Assembly: GCA_022813965.1 (NCBI GenBank)
Contig: JALDZS010000163.1
Location: 1 to 53,516, forward strand
Origin: Toensbergia leucococca
Lineage: Eukaryota
DNA length: 53,516 nt
Direction: 5' to 3'
Both the position numbers and the translations under genes were made by a program. Shown piece after piece: positions 1 through 9,632 of this stretch; position 1 is the stretch's first letter, and each line of letters starts with the position of its first letter. Below the pieces are notes generated by a model, which worked only from the letters and a program-made list of their open reading frames with translations, did not search any database and had not been told where the DNA came from.

Positions 1-167
1 GATGAATAGAAGAATAGTGATCAAAAAGTGTGTTGTTGTTATGATTCTATTCAGGTACGTTGACTCAAAATTCCTACGTTGGCCACTTGCAATACTTTAA
101 AAATTGACCTCGTATCCGTGTCGCCTCGCTCGCTAAATTTAGCCTTTCCCGTGACCTGAGCTACCTC

Positions 168-2471
168 ATGCCGCTTCCCTTCCAGTTCTCCCTCTCTCTC
201 GAGCTTGCCAATCTTGCCCACCTTTTCCCCGTTCGTGCAGGAATTGCCTACACCACCGAGTCCATCATCACCTGGGCTCGTGAGTTGAAACGCACAGGGT
301 CCGATTTCCTAGTCGAAGAGGATTTGGCAGTCGTCTTCGGCCGAGCCAGGATTGTGCCCTTATTAGAAAACCATTTCCGTGATGTCGTCAAGATCAGTTC
401 CTTTGTCCCTCTTTCGGGGGACTCTGAAATTGTTCTGGATGCTGGTCCTGGTCCCACCTTACGCAGAGCCTTGAAAGATGCTCGCTACATGGCTACTGTC
501 ATTCAGCTTTCCTTCTTGGCATGGATGCACGAGGAGACTACCCTTGCTGCAGCTCTGACCGAGAGCATGCTCACCCGATACGATCAAAGAGTCCAGAATG
601 CTACCTCTGATCCCGATTATGAGGGCATTCTGGGCACTCTACGTGCCTGTATCTCACAGACTAGCCAATTTCCTTGGGAAATGCTTATGTCCCTGGTTGA
701 AAGCAAATTTCCAAAATCTGTGGCATGGTTTCACATCATTGGTAGTCCTCTCAAAATCCTTTCACCCAACCTGTTGCTTGGAGCCATGGATTATTTGTAC
801 TTGGTCCAGAGCCTTCCCGAAGACCGCATCATCGTCGTGGACAACCAAATGGGACTAGTGCCAATAGTCGTTTGGGGATACTGTATATTAGGTCTTACTG
901 TCCTGGTCAAAGGTAGTCCTGACGGCGATGTTGCTTTCGGACGAGAAGAAGGCCCGCAAATTATAATCAATTGGTCTCGAGAATGGGAAATGCATATGTG
1001 GTCATGGGAGGCTAAAAATACCTCGGTACCTGTCATCTCACTACTAGATGGGGACATGGAGGTCCTCCTGAGTACCAAACCTGACGATAGTGAAACCGTT
1101 GAGATAGAAGGCCAAGAGATACACCGTTTAGAAGGTTATGGCACAACCTTTTTAAGAGGACTATTTAACATGGATTCAATCATCGCTGATGATCATCCGA
1201 TATACGCCGAATCTGTTCAACATCTCATTGCGTTTGCCATTGTCATGTTGAAATCGACCCGTCGTGTTCCTTTCCCAGGAGTCTCGGATCCGAGGAAACA
1301 GCCAGAAGTCCCTGAACAGTGCTATATGAAAGTAGAAAACATACGCTTGATAGCGTCTAGCGAAGCGCTGTTCTCGGGAATTACATTCGATAAGAAAGAA
1401 ATCAACGGCTATGTTGAAAAGCTTACTGGTATTGAGTTGGGGAATTTGCCTTTACCCCCAACGATACGGAGTCATCTAGATAATGGAGGGAAGAAAGATA
1501 AGAGATATAACAACCATGGCGTTGATGGTAGTCTCAAAATATTGGCTTCAATGATTATAACATTTGCCTAAGTCGTTGACGTGAGGGATTGCTCGCAAAT
1601 GCCCCTAATGTACAATCCACAGTCTTTGGATTTCGCAAACGCTTTAATGTGGGAAGGATTAAGGCCAATAAACATGAACCCAGATGATTCGTTCATTTCC
1701 ATACTCAGCACGATGCTAGGGCAGAGCAGCATGAACGTGAGTGCGAAGAGAATCTTCCTTTTTAGCCACCGCGGCTGGAGTCTTTTTGATAGCAGCGTTG
1801 GAGATAATGATCCAGGAAAAGTGAATTGCGAGTCACTCTCGATTAAGAGCGGCGTACCTACCAATACACGTACAAACGAACGGAAATTCATGATGATAGA
1901 TGCCCCTCGAATTCGACCCAAGGGTGATACGCGGTGGCCTGTGGTGATGGATCGAGGAAACCACTACGTTCCAAGATGCGTTTCGCCTATTGTGAAGCGT
2001 ACAGAGCTTTACAGTAGTAGGGCCAAAGAGTTCTGGCAGTCATTACGCTTTGATGTTGATGAGTCAGGGACTCCACTGCGATCTAGAGAGGTGGCAAAGT
2101 TTTCTTACTATGCATCATACAAACAGCTTCACAACGGGTCGTGGGGAGTGGTCAAAACAATGCCATGCTCGCACCCTAAGAATGAGAGCGGACCCTTGCC
2201 ATTGGACATGGGTGTTTTGACAGCCAAAGGGTTTGTGTGGGTTGAGAAAAAGAACGAGCCTGAACAGCGCATTTGTATAGTGCTAGTCAAGGGCGATTCT
2301 CGTGCTCGTTGGCTTGTCATCGCAGGTCTAGTCATCGATGATAGCGGCCTTGACCCACACATGTACGATGAATTGAAACGACGGGTGATGCTTCGCTGCG
2401 ACAGTTGCTGCGAGGATTGTGCAGTAAAGTCGGCAAGTGCCATGGAGGGCAAGTGGCTTGTCATTCTTTGA
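168..2471 (+). pseudogene. Uncharacterised fungal protein (~767 codons) interrupted by one in-frame TAA at 1569-1571
   Basis: ORFs 168..1571 and 1581..2471 share a frame (offset 1413 = 471 codons), separated only by TAA GTC GTT GAC. Both halves look like globular protein and the end is Cys-rich (RCDSCCEDCAV). No intron that would remove the stop is evident. Confidence 0.6.
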
Positions 2472-2685
2472 TGTCGCGTCCGTGAAGATGTACCGGTACC
2501 GAAGCTGTTGGAAATATATGAGTCTGATTACGATGTGTCAAATTACAATGAGACGGTTAAATTATAACTTGCAATTGTGGAAAAAGTTGCTTTACCACTC
2601 GGTCACTGGCCCAAATTGGATTGTGTTTGCCCCCTTTTGATGCAAAAACCCCTTTCCTCACCTTCATTTAAGCACTGATCTGGCG

Positions 2686-3056
2686 CTGGTGAAAAAAATG
2701 ATCCTTTAGTACAAAATACCAGCTACTGTCAGTATCACCATCACTATCTACAATTTCTACAGTTTCTACATACCTTGCTGCTGTCATTCTTCTTCTTATC
2801 CCTAGTGTGTCTAGGGCTATCTCATCTTCTGACAATCACAGGATTCTGTTTCTTTGAGATTTCATTTTCTAGGCATTCTGGCAAAGCTGTACATGCACAT
2901 TTCTCACAGCTCATATCTACTTTTGTGAAACATCATTTCAATCCCTGCCTAATCTTTTTGAATCTTTCTTATTTCCTTGACTGAATTAATCAACAGCTCT
3001 CTCAAATGTCTCTCTCTCACTTCCATCAACCTCCAACCCTTTCCATTCAGCACAGA
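2686..3056. other. CpG-free tract, probable decayed repeat or transposon relic
   Basis: No CG dinucleotide between the CGs at 2684 and 3057. The tract is CA/TG rich and its minus-strand frame is littered with TGA/TAG. Confidence 0.4.
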
Positions 3057-3880
3057 CGCACAGAGATATACCTTGCACCGCGCCATTCACCCCTGAAAAA
3101 TAAGGGTTTGTAACCTATTTCCTGGATGTCGCGAGAATGATCCACATACTTTTCAGCTCAGTCTTGGTATTAGTTGAAACCTCACCCTCCTTTTTTTGGG
3201 CAGTGATGGAGTCTGGAATTATTTTCAAATAGATTGAATTGGCGAGATTTGATACGGGGGGGTTTTTTTGGTGAGAGTTATGTCTACCGCATTTGCCGAT
3301 TGGTGGCGGCTGGGTTGAGTAGTATGCTATGTTTCTTTTCTTTTTTGGAGAAGGGAAGAAAGGAAGTGAGAGGGAAAGATGGTGAGAAATTGTCTTCTTC
3401 TGATTGACGGAGCCTATCAACCTTTTGTTTTCCATTCTGATGAGTCGAAAACTTCACCTCCACCCTGAAGAACAAACCTCCTGCCAGGAGACCCCTTGAG
3501 ATGATTTTCCTTTTTTGCTTCTCAGGCGTAGAAATGAAAAAATGAGAAAAAAGTCAGTCAGAAATCTAGGTTATTCAACCGCGTATGAAATAGGGCACTG
3601 TCTTCTAGTTCTCTGTGCGCTGGCTTGCGGCTGCGAAGAAATAAATATTATGTATATACCTATACCTACGTCGAAGAAGAAGATTTACTGGGGTTCCCGG
3701 AAAAGGGGGGGATTCAGATTATAGCGACATCCCACGCACACCTACCCAGACCCACAAGATCGCACAGGGAAGATGTAGATTCTGCAACCGCATGCTAACT
3801 CAATCCCTCCACCACTCTCGCGCGCGCGGTCTATCACTGTGCTCCCCATTTTGTCCCTAACAGCATCCGCCTCATGCGCC

Positions 3881-3916
3881 ATCATCATCACCATCATCAT
3901 CATCGTCGTCGTTGTT
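3881..3916 (+). repeat. Imperfect trinucleotide microsatellite (ATC)n grading into (GTC)n/(GTT)n
   Basis: atcatcatcaccatcatcatcatcgtcgtcgttgtt. Confidence 0.7.
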
Positions 3917-4594
3917 GCAGACCCTGCACCTGCACCCCCTACCTCATCGCCAACACATGAACCTCGATCTTTAAAAGGCGGGTGTTGGCGATTCAAACAG
4001 GCAAGATCGGGGCTAATTTCAGGATTCCGGATCTCCCTGGTACTTTGATTTGGGATGTGTGCGTGTGTGATGGTAGAGGATGGATGAATGTATGTATAGG
4101 TGGCGTGCGATACGTAGGATAGAGCTGAAGATAAATGAATTGGTCCAGGAAGGTAGAATAATGATGTTTCCCATGTGCTATTGCGTCCAAATGGGTTTTC
4201 GGGGGAAGGGTGTGACTGTTGTTGGAGAGGAGGTGACGTGGTAAAATCTAGTTCTTTTGAAAGGTGGTTTGCGGACCGCTTGCAAACAGAAGGTTTTGTT
4301 TCGGGATGGAGTGAAAATAGAACGATGTAGAAATGAGGACCGTGTTTTCACGTAGCTGTGAATCAGAATGCTCGTATCATTTTTGACAAACGCCCCCTTG
4401 AGACCCCTCTCCTTTGATGCAGCATCCAACTCACCTGCCCTCCCCCAAACAGACGTTTCTTTCATTGAATAATTGAATTTATAAGCGATTCACATATTTT
4501 ATACAAATGTCTTACACCACATCTTATCGTAATATACCGTAGGCACTTGTTAGATTTCGTAGGCAAATAAAGGCAATTCACTGAATCAAGCAAC

Positions 4595-7500
4595 TCAATT
4601 ATAATCCTTCTCCTGCGATGAAGAGGCTCCACTACCACCAACTGAAGGGTCGTCATTGAAACCCTCGCCAAAACTTCTTCGTAGGCTGCTTCTATAACTG
4701 CGAAGAGAGGAACTGCTTCCGGCTTTGCTTCGATGTCGATGGTAAGGAAGATTGATCTCTCCGTCACTTCCATAACGAGACTTGTGGTGAGGTGATCCTG
4801 TCCTCTTTTTAGAATCTATGGTTAAAAGATACTCGCTACTCTCAGCCGGCGTTAAAGTGGTGCTGGGACGTTGATGTATCAATGCAACGTCTGTCTGAGT
4901 ACTTGTGTCGATATAGGCGATGCTAATCTCTCTTGAACGAGAAGGACCTTCAGCTGTCGACTGGTCAGGCTCTACGGACTGAGGGAACGCCGTGGGAGAT
5001 ATCGCTTCGACAAGATCCTTGTCATTCTCGGGCAATGGAGAGGTATTTCTCGAGCCGGTGTGGCTGAAGACATCTCCAACTTCACTAATCACAGGTTCTG
5101 CTTTGGGAGGTTCCCTCAGTCGAATCAATCTCTGCCTCCTTTTCGAAACAACAATAGCCCTGATAGCCTGTTCTCCGTCTTGTCTCCTCTCCTGATACAA
5201 CTCATCGGATGCTCTTGGAATGTGAAAGTACCGAAGTGGATCGTCACTCCATGTTCCAAGTAATATTCCTCTGGGGGATCGCTTCTTAATTTTAAATTTC
5301 CCAGAGTTTTGCATCATCAATTGATCATTGACCCTCATCTGTCTGAAGAGCTTCAACATACCGGAGCGGCTTGTACTCGTATAGCTGGTCTCCAAGACTG
5401 TCTTTGATTCATACCTAATCCCATCCCTTCGCCGGCAATTCTGTACTGGGCCTGCTAGATATTCAAGACATCGATCAGATGCAATTGCAAACACAGCTGT
5501 ATCTTGGGAGTCTTTAAGTAGCCCTATCCAAGTGTGTTCCTTTTTCGAAAGGATGGCTAAATGCTCCGGATCATGATACTTCTCGATGAATGTAAAGACA
5601 GCAAGATTACCATTCCTATCCACGCCACTTTGCTCGAGAACATCTAAGCAGCGTGCGACCATCGCGCCTAATTCTGCTCGCCACTCCAAGTGACTCTTGT
5701 AGAGTTCAATGAATGCGTTTGGATCAGGGCTTCGGAGCGCATCAAAGAGGGCCGACTTGCAAGCCGTTGAATCTAGTTTTGGTTGGTAGGCTGTGGTAAG
5801 ATACCGGATTATTGTATGGGAACGGAGAAGATCTATCAAGCGACACCTTCTTGCATTTCTTGTACAGAGGCTGACCTCGACACCATACCAAAGTAGTAAA
5901 AGACGAGCATTACGAAACTCAGGCTCAAGCCGCCATCGTTGTAAGAGACTTTCTTTTGCAACAACACCCGGGTTGGTTTTGATTTGGGTAGACCAACTTG
6001 CTGATGTGCCCCCCCACCCAACGTTGATGTTGAAAGCAGAAGAGTCTTTGTACTTGAACGGTTTCAAAGTACCGATAGGTTGCAACGCCATACCCTCCAG
6101 ACCTGTTTTCGAGTCAGTCTGGCACGACTCATGCTGTATCAACGCCGCTGGAAGACCATGTCCGATGAGTAGATAGGGCAAATCAGGCACGAAGAAGCGG
6201 GCGGATGGACATGTCCCGAAATCTCCCACATCGGTAGAGAAATGGCATGGGGATTCGTCTGACTCAAAGATCATGTCCTCTCTCCGTCGTTCAGGTGCAC
6301 CAATATAACCACTAGGTAGTCGATACCAGATCCAGATGTTTTCGTCTTGAAGCCCGGAGGCGGTCCATATAGGGCCCCATATCCGAGTTAAATCTGTGAT
6401 GGTCGTTCTAATGTGAGAAAGAGAAATATACGATAATGGAGGAAGCATTTCGTCATCCATGACGGTGGGGCTGACGTAGAAGTAGAGGCCACTCCTAGTA
6501 GGGTACTGCATTAACACCCATATATCTCGTCCTTGTATAAACGAACTCATACACTCGAGGCCACGCGGTTGGAAAAACAGACCAGGGAAGTAATGACGTC
6601 CGTAGTTGACAATCTCAATCTCTGGCCCGGAATCAAAATTGGATGAGATGTGTACATCGCATTGATAGTAGAGAGCCTTGCTCAGGATCGCCGAGAAAAC
6701 CTCGACCTCGCACATAAGAATGTCCAGCCCTATTTCCAAGGTATGGATGCAGGTCTGGATTCGCTTCTCGCCATTCTCGTAGCGTTTGGATACAAAATCT
6801 TCGGAGCGAGCAGTCTCTATGAACGCCTGTCGAGAACGCTTGAAGGAGCTAAAATCGGTATCTGTCGTATCTTCATCAGGATCAATGCATATGTCGCCTC
6901 GATCGCTCCAGCCCCACAACAGAGCCTGCAGAATGAGATTCAACGAAGCTATGATTCTGGCAAGATGCGACAGGCTGACAGACATGAGCTCTATTACTTG
7001 ACTCCGAATCCTTCTTACGCCTAATTTGTTGACTGACTCCGCCTGCTCAAACCATGTGATTGCATCCATGGTAGGATGGATCTTGTTGAGAAATTCGGCA
7101 TCCCGGCATACCAAGATTAGATAATCTCGAGCTTTCACCAATCTTTGGACTTGATGACAGGCACTGTCCCAGGAGTCAGAAATCGGCGTTAGTGCTGGGG
7201 TTGGCGAAGATGTCGAAACATGCTTCTCTGCTTTGTTTCTTGACCTAGCATTGTATGCAGCGACAACCTCAGCCAGCGTACCTTTTCTTTTTGAGTGATA
7301 CTTGCTGTTATTGATCATAGGTGAAGTTTCATCTAACCCAAGTCGTTTGATATGATAATCAACATCAAGAATCGCCTTCCATATGGGTTCTAAAGACTTA
7401 GGACAGGTCTTGCTATCGGAATGACGCCACGTTGTAGGCCATGAGTTTCTGTTATAATGATTCTCTCTGACGCTTGACTCAGTAATTTGCAATTTTCGAT

Positions 7501-8395
7501 TCCAATCGGAAGGATTCAGTAGATCATCATCATCATGCCCATTCAAACGTATTGGTGAGCGTGCAGGTGAAGCATTTTCATAGCTCAGCAGAGGGCTTGA
7601 ATTGGGAGAGAGACCGGGGTCGCTATGTTCGGCCCCTGTCCATTCCTTGTCTTCCTCACTCGAAGATGTATTTGAACCTATGTCAAGATATGGAGGACTG
7701 TCTTGTGGCAGGTATTGCTGAGTATCGTGAGGTTTCATATGTGAATAATTACGCTGTGGGGTGTATTGATGGGCGCCATAAGGGGGAATATGCTGAAGAG
7801 GAGCTCGTGGGCGACTAAGTCCGATTGGAGGTCGAGGAGGATAATGTTGATGAAGCTGCGGATCGTATCGTTCTTCCTGGCCTTCATGAAATGACCCAGG
7901 TTGCCAGGTGTTTGGGGGAATGGCCGGAGCACTTCTATGCAATTCCCCCCGACGGTAGCCAGGTATGCTTGGGTCTGCATGGTATTTGTAGGTGTCCCAA
8001 GAGCTTCGTTCACGTGAGATTTCGTCTAAGATGATCGAAGGGTTTGTTTCGCGTTCAGACGGTTGCCTATGCTCGCTTCTTCGTCTTCTTGGATGTCGAC
8101 GTCTAGGAGGTGACGGCGGCCTTTCCGAGGAAGCGGCCATTCTTTGCCGCTGTGGCATCCGGGGCCGAACAAAAGCATAAGAATTGGGGTTCCGGGAGCC
8201 AATTCCAGGCCAGGATTCATGCTGAGGATCATCTTCATAATCGCTTGACCCGTCACCAAATACGTCTCCGGTATGGATAGGATTGGTTCCCCGCCAACTA
8301 CGCTCTTGACTCAAGGTAGTTGGATAAGCCAGCTGTGGTCCGGTCCTTATAAGTTCTGGGGCGTCCATGGCTCGTGTGAAGAATTGTCGATTCAC
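4595..8395 (-). CDS. Large uncharacterised fungal protein (~1260 aa): disordered N- and C-termini with a globular core
   Basis: Uninterrupted 1266-codon ORF. The first ATG is about 9 codons in (MDAPEL..., 8368). P/R/S-rich ends flank a core containing WYGVEVSLCTRNARRCRLIDLL. No known domain recognised. Confidence 0.8.
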   Translation of the reverse strand: MNRQFFTRAMDAPELIRTGPQLAYPTTLSQERSWRGTNPIHTGDVFGDGSSDYEDDPQHESWPGIGSRNPNSYAFVRPRMPQRQRMAASSERPPSPPRRRHPRRRRSEHRQPSERETNPSIILDEISRERSSWDTYKYHADPSIPGYRRGELHRSAPAIPPNTWQPGSFHEGQEERYDPQLHQHYPPRPPIGLSRPRAPLQHIPPYGAHQYTPQRNYSHMKPHDTQQYLPQDSPPYLDIGSNTSSSEEDKEWTGAEHSDPGLSPNSSPLLSYENASPARSPIRLNGHDDDDLLNPSDWNRKLQITESSVRENHYNRNSWPTTWRHSDSKTCPKSLEPIWKAILDVDYHIKRLGLDETSPMINNSKYHSKRKGTLAEVVAAYNARSRNKAEKHVSTSSPTPALTPISDSWDSACHQVQRLVKARDYLILVCRDAEFLNKIHPTMDAITWFEQAESVNKLGVRRIRSQVIELMSVSLSHLARIIASLNLILQALLWGWSDRGDICIDPDEDTTDTDFSSFKRSRQAFIETARSEDFVSKRYENGEKRIQTCIHTLEIGLDILMCEVEVFSAILSKALYYQCDVHISSNFDSGPEIEIVNYGRHYFPGLFFQPRGLECMSSFIQGRDIWVLMQYPTRSGLYFYVSPTVMDDEMLPPLSYISLSHIRTTITDLTRIWGPIWTASGLQDENIWIWYRLPSGYIGAPERRREDMIFESDESPCHFSTDVGDFGTCPSARFFVPDLPYLLIGHGLPAALIQHESCQTDSKTGLEGMALQPIGTLKPFKYKDSSAFNINVGWGGTSASWSTQIKTNPGVVAKESLLQRWRLEPEFRNARLLLLWYGVEVSLCTRNARRCRLIDLLRSHTIIRYLTTAYQPKLDSTACKSALFDALRSPDPNAFIELYKSHLEWRAELGAMVARCLDVLEQSGVDRNGNLAVFTFIEKYHDPEHLAILSKKEHTWIGLLKDSQDTAVFAIASDRCLEYLAGPVQNCRRRDGIRYESKTVLETSYTSTSRSGMLKLFRQMRVNDQLMMQNSGKFKIKKRSPRGILLGTWSDDPLRYFHIPRASDELYQERRQDGEQAIRAIVVSKRRQRLIRLREPPKAEPVISEVGDVFSHTGSRNTSPLPENDKDLVEAISPTAFPQSVEPDQSTAEGPSRSREISIAYIDTSTQTDVALIHQRPSTTLTPAESSEYLLTIDSKKRTGSPHHKSRYGSDGEINLPYHRHRSKAGSSSSLRSYRSSLRRSFGEGFNDDPSVGGSGASSSQEKDYN

Positions 8396-8967
8396 CCCAG
8401 AAAGCGACGGCTTGGATACTTATTCTATACTTGGGGTTGTGGCCTGTAAAAAGCATGGGCATACGAGCCTCGGAGGCAAAATCGAGGCTGGCGGATCTTG
8501 GAGGCATTTTAGATAGGGTATAGATAGTCGTCGCAGCCTTGCGTTTGAGAAAGAGCCTCGGCGCATCCATGTTTTTAGTGGGGGTCCATGACACTTCCCA
8601 AGGCGCTTTGCAGACTAATAATAGGTTACTCGTATAGGTAATGATAAAGCTTGCCTGGATATAAACATCAATACCATTGTTGAAGATACCAATCCTTGAG
8701 TCTCATTAGTCCTGTTCATTTAAATGGCCAACAAAGCCTACCCTGGTCAAAGCATGACTAGTCAATGAGCATAACAAGCCGTTCGTTCCATGATTGATGA
8801 GTCTTTGTACCCCATCAATTGGCAGGTATTGAAAATGATACATAGGAAATATATTCAGGAATCACATGAGTGAAAGCCTCTCCGAGACTCTGATGTGCTT
8901 TTATTGTTAGGACATCACGTACGACCGACCTTCAGCGTACCCATCTGTATTCGTACGAACATTCAAG

Positions 8968-9343
8968 ATGTCTTTCCTATCTTGGCATTCGGTCCTGGGT
9001 TCTGGGTCACGCACCTGAGAAGATTAATATTGACATCCATCAATGTTCCACAGTGAGGGAAATCAGCCGCCACAAATGCAGCGTTGAGCAGGCTGTAGTG
9101 GCATTTTACAAGAGCCATCCCTTCTACCAGCGTCCGGGGCGCGACAACATCAAAGATCAGACGCTCTGGAACAAATTCAAAGATCGATTTCTCGAAGCGA
9201 GCGAGGCCATATTGGATCGAAGCAGCCCAGAAGCTCGTCTACCTGCTCTGTGGGTAGAGAGGCAGTTGAGCAAAGAGCGCCAACTGTACGGTCCTTTGAA
9301 AGTAGTGCGAGACCTTGACGAGCATATTTTTGTCGTATTCTAG
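8968..9343 (+). CDS. Possible small hypothetical protein with one intron
   Basis: ATG at 8968. A plausible intron (GTTCTG...ATTGAC...CCACAG ending 9053) joins it in frame to the 96-codon ORF 9053..9343. Confidence 0.3.
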
Positions 9344-9632
9344 CGTACTCCTGGACTTGTGAAAAAATCAAATTATTTATTCAACCATTCATGTGCACGT
9401 TGTAGAAGGACTCTCTAGAAGTAGAAATGCAATTAAACAGATGGTAGATGAATCAAATCATCGTCGTATCAGTCCATCGAATCGAATTATGATCACTTCT
9501 ATTTGATTAAGCTTGGTAGGAGTTGAATACTTGTAAGTGCCACGACGTTTCCTGGTGGCGTCTCTTCAGAACATCAAACTTCGGGTTCATATTTTTTGTT
9601 GCTCAATTTTCAGGTAGTACCATTCACTCCTT

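Noticed and set aside
2600..3600. Possible terminal inverted repeats bounding the CpG-free relic
   Set aside because: Only weak, gapped similarity between the ends and no target-site duplication.
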